IMG/VR virus record: IMGVR_UViG_3300033153_010326
Coordinates: 32,001-96,000 of that record
Direction: 5' to 3' (one strand)
From: a virus
DNA length: 64,000 bases
The first letter of the stretch is position 1. Every line of letters begins with the position of its first letter. Shown here piece after piece: positions 48,966-57,911 of this stretch. The notes beneath the pieces are model-generated. The model was not told the origin of the DNA, ran no database searches, and saw only the letters and a list, made by a program, of their open reading frames with translations. A program made the translations under genes and the position numbers.

Positions 48966-50255
48966 ATGAAAAAATTAGCATTAATAAAAGTTTTTTTAAA
49001 TGAATTTCAAAGAAAAACTCATTCACTTACTTTTGATTATTTAATAGCAAGTATTAATCAAGCAAAAATAGAGATAGATATAAAAATTTGTTATAGTTTA
49101 CAAGAAATTAAAGAATATAAACCCGATATAGTAGGTATTTCTACTGTTACCGAATCTTATATGATTGCTAAACAATTAGCAAAAGACATTAAAAAAGAAT
49201 TAGGAAGTATAGTAATTATAGGAGGAACTCATATAACAGCATTACCTCAAACTATGTCAAAAGATATGGATATTGCAATAATAGGAGAAGGGGAAAGAAC
49301 TATAGTAGAAATATTAAAATTGTCAGAAAAACCTCCTTGGCATTTAACTGGAATAGATTCTATTTTAGGAATAGCTTATTGGAAAAATGGTAAACTTTTT
49401 CAAACTAACCCAAGACTTTATATTCCTATGGATGAATTACCTATACCTATTCATCCAAATATTAAATATGATTTTGGAGAGGCTATAGCTATTTTAACTA
49501 CTAGAGGATGTGTTAATCGCTGTGTTCATTGTTCTGAACAAAAAATATGGAGACCTTTTAGATATTTGTCTGGCAAAAGATTAGCTGAAATTATAGATGT
49601 TCATTATAAAAGAAGTGGAATAACTGATTATGTATTTATGGATGATATTTCAGTATTTAATCTTAAACGATTAGTAGAATTAAAAGAAGAACTTATAAAA
49701 AGAAATATATTTGATAAAATTAAAATTGTAAAAATTTCTACTAATTCTGAAATTATTACTGAAGATATTGTAAAAATATTAAAAGAATTAGGATTAAGAT
49801 TAGCAGGGTTTGGTTTAGAATCCGCTTCTTCTAGAATTTTAAAAGAAATGAAAAGAGGAAGAGTAACTATAGAAGATTTTAAAAGATGTATAACTTTATT
49901 TGGAAAATATGGGATAAGGTCTGGAGCCTCTACAGTATGGGGATTTCCTGGAGAAACTTTAGAAGATATGGAAAAAAATAAAAAATTTTTGGTAGAATGG
50001 AATGGCAAATATCAATTCAAATCTTTTATGCAATATTGCTGTCAACCTTTGCCTGGTTCGGATTTGTGGGATATGATGTATGCAAAAGGGAAAGTATCTT
50101 TAGATATGGATTTTTCAACAATGAAAATTCATCCAAAAAATATAAAAGAAAATTGGTTATATATTAATGAGGATACTGTAAATAAAGAAGATTTTATAAA
50201 ATTTTTAAATCAAACCAGAAAAGAAATAAGAGAGGCTAAAAAAAATAAAAAATAA
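48966..50255 (+). CDS. cobalamin-binding radical SAM enzyme
   Basis: PDIVGIS, IGGTHIT, IGEGE, TRGCVNRCVHC, GLES, GFPGET, PLPGS. Confidence 0.92.
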   Translation: MKKLALIKVFLNEFQRKTHSLTFDYLIASINQAKIEIDIKICYSLQEIKEYKPDIVGISTVTESYMIAKQLAKDIKKELGSIVIIGGTHITALPQTMSKDMDIAIIGEGERTIVEILKLSEKPPWHLTGIDSILGIAYWKNGKLFQTNPRLYIPMDELPIPIHPNIKYDFGEAIAILTTRGCVNRCVHCSEQKIWRPFRYLSGKRLAEIIDVHYKRSGITDYVFMDDISVFNLKRLVELKEELIKRNIFDKIKIVKISTNSEIITEDIVKILKELGLRLAGFGLESASSRILKEMKRGRVTIEDFKRCITLFGKYGIRSGASTVWGFPGETLEDMEKNKKFLVEWNGKYQFKSFMQYCCQPLPGSDLWDMMYAKGKVSLDMDFSTMKIHPKNIKENWLYINEDTVNKEDFIKFLNQTRKEIREAKKNKK

Positions 50256-50266
50256 GGAGAAGATAA

Positions 50267-51415
50267 ATGAAAAAAATTGGAATAATTTCTTGTTTTGGAT
50301 ATAAAAATTGGGGAGATGATGCTCAATTATGTAATGCTATTTTAAAATTAAAAAAGAATAATTATAAGAATATTTTAGTTTTTTCAAGAGCAGGATATAT
50401 AAAAGAATTAACTAAAACTCCTATGGTTTTTTCTTCTCATATTTTATTTAAAAATTGTAAAACAAATGAACAGTATTTAAAAAAATACCAATTTTTATTA
50501 CAAAACTATAACCAACCTAATAAATTAAGTATTAATGAAAAAGTATTTATTAAAAATTTATCAAAAATTGATATATTATGGTTTTCTGGAAGTGGAGCTA
50601 TTAATACTCTTAAATTATCAAGATTATGTATTTTTTTCTTGCCTTGTATATTAGCTAAAAAATTAGGAAAAAAAGTAATTTTAACAGGACAAGGAGTAGG
50701 AAATTGTGATAATAAAGAATATCATCCTTTAATGAAAGAAGCTTTAAATTCAATAGATATAATAACAGTAAGAGATTTTGATTCAGGTATTAATCAATTA
50801 AAACAATTAGGAATTACATCGTCAATATATAAAGGAGTTGATGATGCTTTTAATTATCCTATTACTACTAATAAATTTAAATCTTTAAAAAATAAACAAG
50901 TATTAGGTATTAATATTTCTTTTCTTATAACTCCTAAATTAAAAAAGATTTTATATAATTTTGCAATAATAATGAAAAATCAAGGATACTTTCCTGTATT
51001 TAATTATTTTCAAAGAGAAGAAAAAATTGCTAAAGAATGTAGTAAAGGTAAATTTCCTGTTGTTGGATTTAATAAAGTTTCTGAAATGGCAGAATTTTAT
51101 AATTATTGTAAAATAGCTATTGGAATGAGATATCATTCTGTTATTTTTGCTTTAAGTCAAAAAGTTCCTACTTTAAATATATATTTAAATGAATATCAAG
51201 CAAATAAAATAAAAGCTATTGAAAAAGAATTAAATATTAAAATGGGAGTTAATTGTATTAAAGATACACCAACTGCTAAAGAACTAGTGGATTTAATAAC
51301 GAACATATCTAGTTTGTGTAATCAAACTAAAGAAGTATTAATTTCAGCCCATAAACAATGGACAGAAAAAACAAATTTAATATTTAATTTATTAAAAGGA
51401 AAATATGAAAAATAA
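50267..51415 (+). CDS. polysaccharide pyruvyltransferase family protein
   Basis: GYKNWGDDA, SGSG, GQGVG, ITVRD..S, DDAF, GMRYHSVIFA. Confidence 0.88.
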   Translation: MKKIGIISCFGYKNWGDDAQLCNAILKLKKNNYKNILVFSRAGYIKELTKTPMVFSSHILFKNCKTNEQYLKKYQFLLQNYNQPNKLSINEKVFIKNLSKIDILWFSGSGAINTLKLSRLCIFFLPCILAKKLGKKVILTGQGVGNCDNKEYHPLMKEALNSIDIITVRDFDSGINQLKQLGITSSIYKGVDDAFNYPITTNKFKSLKNKQVLGINISFLITPKLKKILYNFAIIMKNQGYFPVFNYFQREEKIAKECSKGKFPVVGFNKVSEMAEFYNYCKIAIGMRYHSVIFALSQKVPTLNIYLNEYQANKIKAIEKELNIKMGVNCIKDTPTAKELVDLITNISSLCNQTKEVLISAHKQWTEKTNLIFNLLKGKYEK

Positions 51416-51959
51416 TATTAAAAATATTATCAAATCTCGTCGGAGTATAAGAAAATTTAAAAATATTCCTATTGCAAAAAAAGATTTAGAAGATTTAATA
51501 GAAGCTGGAAGTTTTGCTCCTACAGGTTCAAATACCCAATGTTATAGATTTATTGTTACTACTAATAAACAAGATATTCAGACTATAAGAAAGTTAAGAG
51601 GTTATTGGTTTAAAACTTGTCAAGCTATTATAATTTGTTTTGCTGATAAAAAGAATTATCCAGTTAAAAGTAAATTACTTATTCATTTACCTTATTGGGA
51701 TTGTGGAGCATCTATTCAAAATATATTATTATTAGCGGAAGAAAAGAAAATAGGAACTTGTTGGGTATCTATGCACCCCAAATTAAAATGTATGGAATTT
51801 ATTAATAAAACTTTTAAAATTCCAAAAGATTATGAAGTGATGGGAGCAATAGCATTAGGATATTCTGATGAAATTATAAATTATAAAACTGCTACACATG
51901 GTACAAGGTTTATTAAAAGAAAACCTATTAAATATTATATATGGAAATGGAGAGAATAA
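51405..51959 (+). CDS. nitroreductase family flavoprotein
   Basis: IKSRRSIRKF, APTGSNTQ, DCGASIQNILLLA, GTCWV, IALGY. Confidence 0.92.
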   Translation: MKNNIKNIIKSRRSIRKFKNIPIAKKDLEDLIEAGSFAPTGSNTQCYRFIVTTNKQDIQTIRKLRGYWFKTCQAIIICFADKKNYPVKSKLLIHLPYWDCGASIQNILLLAEEKKIGTCWVSMHPKLKCMEFINKTFKIPKDYEVMGAIALGYSDEIINYKTATHGTRFIKRKPIKYYIWKWRE

Positions 51960-52109
51960 TATGGGAATAATAATCTGTCCTTGTGGTAAAGTAATAGAAA
52001 ATTGGCAAAAAGGAATTTATCAAATAACTCATAAAGATAAAGATGGTAAAATAATTTTTGCTCAATGTTATCATGGAACTATAGTAATTAATAAATTGGA
52101 GGAAGAAAA

Positions 52110-52733
52110 ATGATAATTATATCATATTTTACTCGTAATACTCCTTACGAAGAAGTTATGAATTTTAAACTACTTCCTAGTCTTAAAAAATGGAATCTTA
52201 AATATGATATTGAAGCTATAGAAGATAAAGGAAGTTGGCAAGCCAATACTCACCTTAAAGCTGATTTTATTAAAAGGATGTTATTAAAGCATAAACAAGC
52301 AGTAATATTTTTAGATGCTGATGCAACTATAGAAAAATTTCCTGAATTATTTTTTAGATTAAAACATGAGAATTATGATATTTCTTATCATGAATTGGAT
52401 TGGTTTAAGATGTGGAGGAAACAAGAAGGTAATTCTAAAAGAGAAGTTCTTAGTGGTACTTTATTTATAAATTATACTGAAAATAGTTTAAAATTTTTAG
52501 ATGATTGGATAGAATTAAATAAACAAAGTATTGAATGGGAACAGAGAAATATGGAGAAAGTACTTGAAAAATGGAAAGATAAACTTAAAATATATCCATT
52601 ACCTTATGCCTATATTACAGTAATGTATAGAAATAACCAATTACCTTTACATATGATAAAGAAAGAGGATATATTTATATTACATTGGCAAGTGAGTAGG
52701 TTATATCGCAATTGGCATAAAAGGAGAAAATAA
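52110..52733 (+). CDS. GT-A fold nucleotide-diphospho-sugar transferase
   Basis: ISYFT..TPY, W.ANT..K, IFLDADA (DxD), LSGTLF, EQ, LPYAY, HWQ.SR. Confidence 0.8.
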   Translation: MIIISYFTRNTPYEEVMNFKLLPSLKKWNLKYDIEAIEDKGSWQANTHLKADFIKRMLLKHKQAVIFLDADATIEKFPELFFRLKHENYDISYHELDWFKMWRKQEGNSKREVLSGTLFINYTENSLKFLDDWIELNKQSIEWEQRNMEKVLEKWKDKLKIYPLPYAYITVMYRNNQLPLHMIKKEDIFILHWQVSRLYRNWHKRRK

Positions 52734-52942
52734 TGATAAAAACAAAAAAACAAAAATATTTAGGTAAACTAATTTTTTCAGCAACAGGATTAAGAAAGAT
52801 GGCTAATGCTTTACAAAAAAAGAATAAAACTAAAGGAGATGTTAAAGTTAAATGTTATATAGAAAAATTTAAATATAAGTATGATGGAGAAATTTATAAA
52901 ACTATAGGTATTGATATAAAAGGAAAAAAACATGATAAATAA
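52733..52942 (+). CDS. hypothetical protein
   Basis: AGGAG RBS. Confidence 0.55.
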   Translation: MIKTKKQKYLGKLIFSATGLRKMANALQKKNKTKGDVKVKCYIEKFKYKYDGEIYKTIGIDIKGKKHDK

Positions 52943-53651
52943 ACCAACTCAATTAATAATTCTTGGTGGTGGGTCTTCTGTTGTTGAAGGTATTAATAAA
53001 GAATTATGGCAGAAACTTAAAGGTAGATTTGTCATTGGTTTGAATCATTCGTACGATTTCTATCCTGACCCTACTTTTATGACTTGTTTAGATAATCATT
53101 TTTTCACCCATAAAAATAAAGACGGTGGTGATGTTTGGGAAGATTTAAAAAAACAACCTTTAATAATTACCAAGCAACATAAACCTAAAGATATGTTACC
53201 TAATATGATTGTTGTTAAAGGTTGTTCTTGTTTTAATAGGACTTTATTTGAAGGAGCATATAAAAGTAGTCTTACAGGGATTTATACCTTATCTTTAGCT
53301 ATTCATTTATTAGATGTAGGAGAAATATTTCTTTTAGGATATGATTTTTGTGCTAATGGAAAAAATAAAGGAAAAGATATTACTCATTGGTATCAAGGAC
53401 AGTTACAGCATAAAGGCATTGGTAAAATTAATTATTATCATACTAGGAATCGAGCAAATAACGATTTTAAACCTTTTTTAAAAGAAACAAAATGTAAGAT
53501 ATATAACGTGTCAATGATAAGTAAAATTCCAGAAAATATTTTTGAAAAAATAAGTTATAATAAATTTTTCAGTTTATTAGATAAAAACCAATATAATCAA
53601 GATTTATTGAGGACTGAAATTAAAAATAAATTAAAAGAGATAACAAAATGA
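52932..53651 (+). CDS. second Maf/DUF115-like putative glycosyltransferase
   Basis: IILGGGSS, IGLN, CLD, LTG...LAI...IFLLGYD, THWY, IYNVS. Confidence 0.68.
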   Translation: MINKPTQLIILGGGSSVVEGINKELWQKLKGRFVIGLNHSYDFYPDPTFMTCLDNHFFTHKNKDGGDVWEDLKKQPLIITKQHKPKDMLPNMIVVKGCSCFNRTLFEGAYKSSLTGIYTLSLAIHLLDVGEIFLLGYDFCANGKNKGKDITHWYQGQLQHKGIGKINYYHTRNRANNDFKPFLKETKCKIYNVSMISKIPENIFEKISYNKFFSLLDKNQYNQDLLRTEIKNKLKEITK

Positions 53652-54259
53652 ATAAACTTAGTTTTAATATACCCAAAAAATTATTAATTAATTTATATAG
53701 AACCCAAAAATTATCTGCATTTAAAATTGCTAAGAAATTAAGATGTAGTACTACTACTATAATTAAGAGATTAAAAAAATTTAATATTAAAATAAGAACT
53801 TCTGCTGAATATATGATAGAAAATAAATATTGTAAAACAGGAGAAAAACATCATAATTGGAAACCCGAAAAACACAAAATTTATTATTGTAAAGAAAAAA
53901 ACTGTAATAATAAAATCACTTATCAAACTTGGAAATATGGTTCAGGAAGATGTGGTTCTTGTGCTCAACATTATTTTCGTAAGATTCATCCAAATTATCA
54001 AAAAAAAAATCATCCTATGTTAGGAAAAAAACATACTAAAAAAAGTAAAGAAAAAATGAGAAAATCTTTATCAAAGCATCATATATATTTAAAAGAAAAT
54101 CATGATAAAATTATAAAATTATCAAAGTCAAAACATTCTTTATTACATGTAAAAGCTTATACTTATATATACCAAAAATATGGAAAAAAAGGTATTAATA
54201 ATTATTTAAAATGGTTTGATAAAAATTATGATTTATTTGAAGGCAAAAAACATGACTAA
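53648..54259 (+). mobile_element. NUMOD3/Zn-ribbon homing-endonuclease-like protein with HTH and His-rich (HNH-like) C-terminus
   Basis: YYCKEKNCNNKI...RCGSCA, HPMLGKKHT..SKEKMR, KHHI...H..LH. Confidence 0.7.
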
Positions 54260-54689
54260 AATAATTATTATGAGTATAGCTTTATTTATCGCTTTTTATC
54301 TTATAATGTTTATTGATTTAATCATAGGAGGACTTAAAAAAATGGAAAAGAAAATTTATTCTTTAGTAATTGGGAGGTTTCAATGTTTACCTCCTCACGA
54401 TGGACATTTAGGATTAATTAATACTTTATTGAAAGAAGATAAAAATGTTTGTATAGCTTTAAGAGATACAGATACAAATGAAAAAAACCCCTATACTTTT
54501 GAACAAAGACATAGAGCTTTTATGAAGATTTATAGTAAAAAAGTAGCTGAAGGCAGAATTAAAATTATAAAAATTCCTGATATTGAAGATGTAGTTTATG
54601 GGAGAAAGGTTGGGTGGGGAATAAGAGAAATAAGATTAAATTCTAAAATAGAAGATATAAGTGGTACAAAAATAAGAGAAAAATCATGA
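54252..54689 (+). CDS. HxGH nucleotidyltransferase, candidate minimal ATP sulfurylase
   Basis: IGRFQ..PHDGH, NPY, IPDI..V.YGR.VG, ISGTKIR; hydrophobic leader from 54252 or second RBS/start at 54342. Confidence 0.75.
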   Translation: MTKIIIMSIALFIAFYLIMFIDLIIGGLKKMEKKIYSLVIGRFQCLPPHDGHLGLINTLLKEDKNVCIALRDTDTNEKNPYTFEQRHRAFMKIYSKKVAEGRIKIIKIPDIEDVVYGRKVGWGIREIRLNSKIEDISGTKIREKS

Positions 54690-55177
54690 AAAGAGGGGAT
54701 ATAATACTATTTTATTACAAATATGACCCTATTGCTTGGCTTATACGGCTCACCACGCATAGTAAATGGAATCATATAGGGATAATGCTACATGGTACTG
54801 TAATCCTCGATTTAAGGGCTACTAAGCGAAGAACTGCCCATATAAGAAGGTTTTTACATAGTCCTATTTATAAGCTAAAATTACTAAGGATTAAAAATCT
54901 AACTCATGAAGCTCAAGAACGTATAATTGCAAATATAGATGCTCAACCAAAAGTTAGAATCTATTATAAATTATTGTGGAAATTTTTATTAATGTTTTTT
55001 GGAATTCCTTCTAATATATGTAATAACTGTGCTGAAGTAATTGCGAAACCTTTAAGAGAAGAAGGGTTTGATATATGTCCAGGTAAAGATGTGAGATTAA
55101 TAACTCCTGAAGATTTTAATAAAAGCGATTTAGTTGAGGATGTTAGTGGAGAATTAACTTATAAAAGGAGTTTATAA
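54686..55177 (+). CDS. second permuted papain-like (YiiX/YebB) enzyme
   Basis: RGDIIL...IRLTTHSKWNHIG (His) before NCAE (Cys), ITPEDF. Confidence 0.8.
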   Translation: MKRGDIILFYYKYDPIAWLIRLTTHSKWNHIGIMLHGTVILDLRATKRRTAHIRRFLHSPIYKLKLLRIKNLTHEAQERIIANIDAQPKVRIYYKLLWKFLLMFFGIPSNICNNCAEVIAKPLREEGFDICPGKDVRLITPEDFNKSDLVEDVSGELTYKRSL

Positions 55178-55845
55178 TGACTAATAAAATAGCAATTTTA
55201 GTACCTTGTTTTAATGAAGAAGATACTATATCTGAAGTAGGAAGTGATTTAAGAAAAAGTAATTATCCTTATTTAATTATTAATGATGGTTCTACAGATA
55301 GGACTAGCAAACTTTTAGATATTAATAATTTAAATCATATAGATTATTATCCTAATAGAGGAAAAGGTAATGCTATTAAATTTGGAGCAGGAATTTTAAT
55401 AGGACAGGGTTTTAATTATATATTAATAATGGATGCAGATGGTCAACATGATATAAAAGACATTTATACTTTTATAAATTATTTAGAAACTCGCTCTATG
55501 GTAAAAATTATTATAGGTAATAGATTTTGGAATCCAAAAAGAATGTCTCTTATTAGAAAATTAACTAATAAAGTTATGAGTTGGGTAGTATCTAGATTAG
55601 CAGAGGTTATAATTCCAGATACTCAATGTGGATTTCGTCTAATACACAAAGATATTATAAATAAATTAATAACAGAAAGTGATAATTTTGATTATGAAAG
55701 CGAACAACTTATTAAAGCTGGAAGAGAAGGATATGAAATAATATCAATTCCTATTACCTGTATATATAAAAAAGGAAGAGAGTCCAAAATGAACCCTCTT
55801 CGTGATACTATTCGTTTTTTTAAAATGATTAAAAGATTTATTTAG
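55177..55845 (+). CDS. GT2 polyprenol-phosphate glycosyltransferase (DPM1-like)
   Basis: VPCFNEE, INDGSTD, NRGKG.A, MDADGQH, GNR, DTQCGFR. Confidence 0.92.
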   Translation: MTNKIAILVPCFNEEDTISEVGSDLRKSNYPYLIINDGSTDRTSKLLDINNLNHIDYYPNRGKGNAIKFGAGILIGQGFNYILIMDADGQHDIKDIYTFINYLETRSMVKIIIGNRFWNPKRMSLIRKLTNKVMSWVVSRLAEVIIPDTQCGFRLIHKDIINKLITESDNFDYESEQLIKAGREGYEIISIPITCIYKKGRESKMNPLRDTIRFFKMIKRFI

Positions 55846-55892
55846 AAATATTAATAATATTTAATCCTTTCTTTTTTAAATTTAAAATAATA

Positions 55893-57347
55893 TTATTCTG
55901 AAAGTTTAGCTCTAAATGTAACAGGGAAAATTTTTATTTGTCCAAGCTCTGTTTGACAAGATATTTCAGAGTTAGATTCATGTAATTTTAGGTCATATGG
56001 AGGATGAATGTCCCTATATTTTCTTGTTTGAGCAAAGCCCTGTAAACTAGTAAACAATTCTATTTTTTCAATACTCCATCCAGCACCAGTAGGAACACCT
56101 TCAAAATCCAAAATTAAAATTCCATTTTCTTCTTTAACCAAAATAGATTGAGATTCATTTTCACTACCTAAAGCATTAACTTTTAAAGTTGTATGTTTTA
56201 TTTCTTCAGTTATTTCATCTTTTTTATACATATGAAAAAGTAAAAAACTAGTTCCAACAGAATATCCTGTTCCATAGGCATAAGGACTTAATGGGTTTTC
56301 TTCATAATAAAATTCTGATTTACGAGATTGAGTAAAATTATAAATATAGATTTTAGTTTTATTATTAATTACTAATCCTTTTTTTGGTATATTATGAACT
56401 AAATATTGAGTAATTTCAGACCTATTAGTTCCATCTAAAGTATATATGGGTTCATCTGTTAAAGTAGCAAAATTTTGAATCTGATTATCAGTAGTAATTT
56501 TATTAAAAGTCTCATCTTCTGTAACTAAATTTGTTATTTTAAAATTACTAGAATAAGAAGTTGACCCATCCAAATTTTTACCTTGTCGAACAATCTCAAT
56601 TCCTTGAGGAGTCATGTGCCAATCTACATATCTATTTGTATTTAAAAGTTTAGTCTCTAAAATCCAGGTTCTTTTGTTCGTTATAATATCATATTCTTTG
56701 AATTGTATCTTATTTAGTTCTGTATCTGTATCAAGAAAATTAGGTTCGTCTTCAAGCCAATTTTCTATCCAAAATCCAAATAACTGATGTCTTAAATCTT
56801 CAATATGACTTCCTTTTATTACAAACAATTTTTCTTTATCTTCTCCTATTTTAGGGTCTGTCCAATCTGTTTTTGTAATTAATTGATTTCCTCCAATTAT
56901 TTCATAACTTAAATAATCTTCTAATGTCATTCCACTTTCTTCTAATATTCTTTCTGTAGATTCTCTTAATTCTACAATATGTTTTACATTCCATTGAGCT
57001 ATACCCGAATCTGTGATTTGAATAGGACTAAATTCCGTAACAGATACACCAATATCAAGTTCTTGTTGATTTCTTAAATCTTGAATTTCTTGTATATGAT
57101 TATTTCTTGCTTGAGTAAATCCTACATGGTTAGCTTTTATACTAGAAACCTCTTCGTTTTCATCTACTAACCAACTATAATTTGCTCCTTTTGCATTTAA
57201 AATAGGGTCATCATGTTCCCAAAAATGAATTCCTAATTCTATTAAATCATCTTTTTCAAGTTGAGATAGTGGAATTACTTCTTCTCCTACTTGTTTTCCA
57301 ATTGGAGTAAAACAATAAGGACATAGAACATATTTAAGATTTGGCAT
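55893..57347 (-). CDS. putative virion tail protein
   Basis: last gene of the minus-strand structural operon; repeated H[IV]x[ED][IL][RQ] motif. Confidence 0.55.
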   Translation of the reverse strand: MPNLKYVLCPYCFTPIGKQVGEEVIPLSQLEKDDLIELGIHFWEHDDPILNAKGANYSWLVDENEEVSSIKANHVGFTQARNNHIQEIQDLRNQQELDIGVSVTEFSPIQITDSGIAQWNVKHIVELRESTERILEESGMTLEDYLSYEIIGGNQLITKTDWTDPKIGEDKEKLFVIKGSHIEDLRHQLFGFWIENWLEDEPNFLDTDTELNKIQFKEYDIITNKRTWILETKLLNTNRYVDWHMTPQGIEIVRQGKNLDGSTSYSSNFKITNLVTEDETFNKITTDNQIQNFATLTDEPIYTLDGTNRSEITQYLVHNIPKKGLVINNKTKIYIYNFTQSRKSEFYYEENPLSPYAYGTGYSVGTSFLLFHMYKKDEITEEIKHTTLKVNALGSENESQSILVKEENGILILDFEGVPTGAGWSIEKIELFTSLQGFAQTRKYRDIHPPYDLKLHESNSEISCQTELGQIKIFPVTFRAKLSE

Positions 57348-57359
57348 TGTTATTTATTC

Positions 57360-57902
57360 CTATTCTTCATCAGGAGCATATACGGCATAAAATCTAAAAC
57401 ATTGTTTATCTTTATCCCATACAATATTAGGTTCATCACTATCTCCATATATTGTTCCTATTTGTTCTATTCCATTATCATCTTTTTTAATAGGAGGGTC
57501 TGTTCCCCAAAATTGTTGGCAATGTTTACTATAATCATCACTTTCATCCCAATCAATATTATATTCTATAAATTCTAAAGTATTAATATCTAAAGCCCCT
57601 CCTGCATATCTAGAATGGCTATGCCTATGATAACCTATAGTTGGGTCTGTTGGGGGTTTTAATCCATATGGAGGAAACTCTAATTCTGCATTATTCCAGG
57701 GCATAAAATTTCCATAAGTTCCTCCTAATCCTGTTTTTAAATCTACAGAAAAATTATTACTTATATCTTTACTTCCTCCAACTATAGTATAAGGATTTGG
57801 ATTAGAATCTTTAGGAGTTTCACTTTCCATAGTATTTATTCTAGATTTTAATTTAATAATTTCCCGTTCTAATTGATTAATTTTTTCATTTATATATCCC
57901 AT
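57360..57902 (-). CDS. putative virion protein
   Basis: N-terminal coiled coil, HRHSH motif; structural operon context. Confidence 0.55.
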   Translation of the reverse strand: MGYINEKINQLEREIIKLKSRINTMESETPKDSNPNPYTIVGGSKDISNNFSVDLKTGLGGTYGNFMPWNNAELEFPPYGLKPPTDPTIGYHRHSHSRYAGGALDINTLEFIEYNIDWDESDDYSKHCQQFWGTDPPIKKDDNGIEQIGTIYGDSDEPNIVWDKDKQCFRFYAVYAPDEE

Positions 57903-57911
57903 ATTACCTCG

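Noticed and set aside
8151-51136. Minus-strand ORFs in the track (8151, 10978, 12785, 18342, 18651, 21516, 24528, 29508, 30188, 35811, 38084, 40807, 41363, 41951, 49628, 50951)
   Set aside because: Antisense shadows of well-supported plus-strand genes or elements; no motifs
39768-55845. Host chromosomal capsule/O-antigen locus
   Set aside because: No wzx/wzy/ABC export or sugar-nucleotide synthesis genes; interleaved with phage homing endonucleases; same composition and GAC-before-C bias as the flanking phage genes
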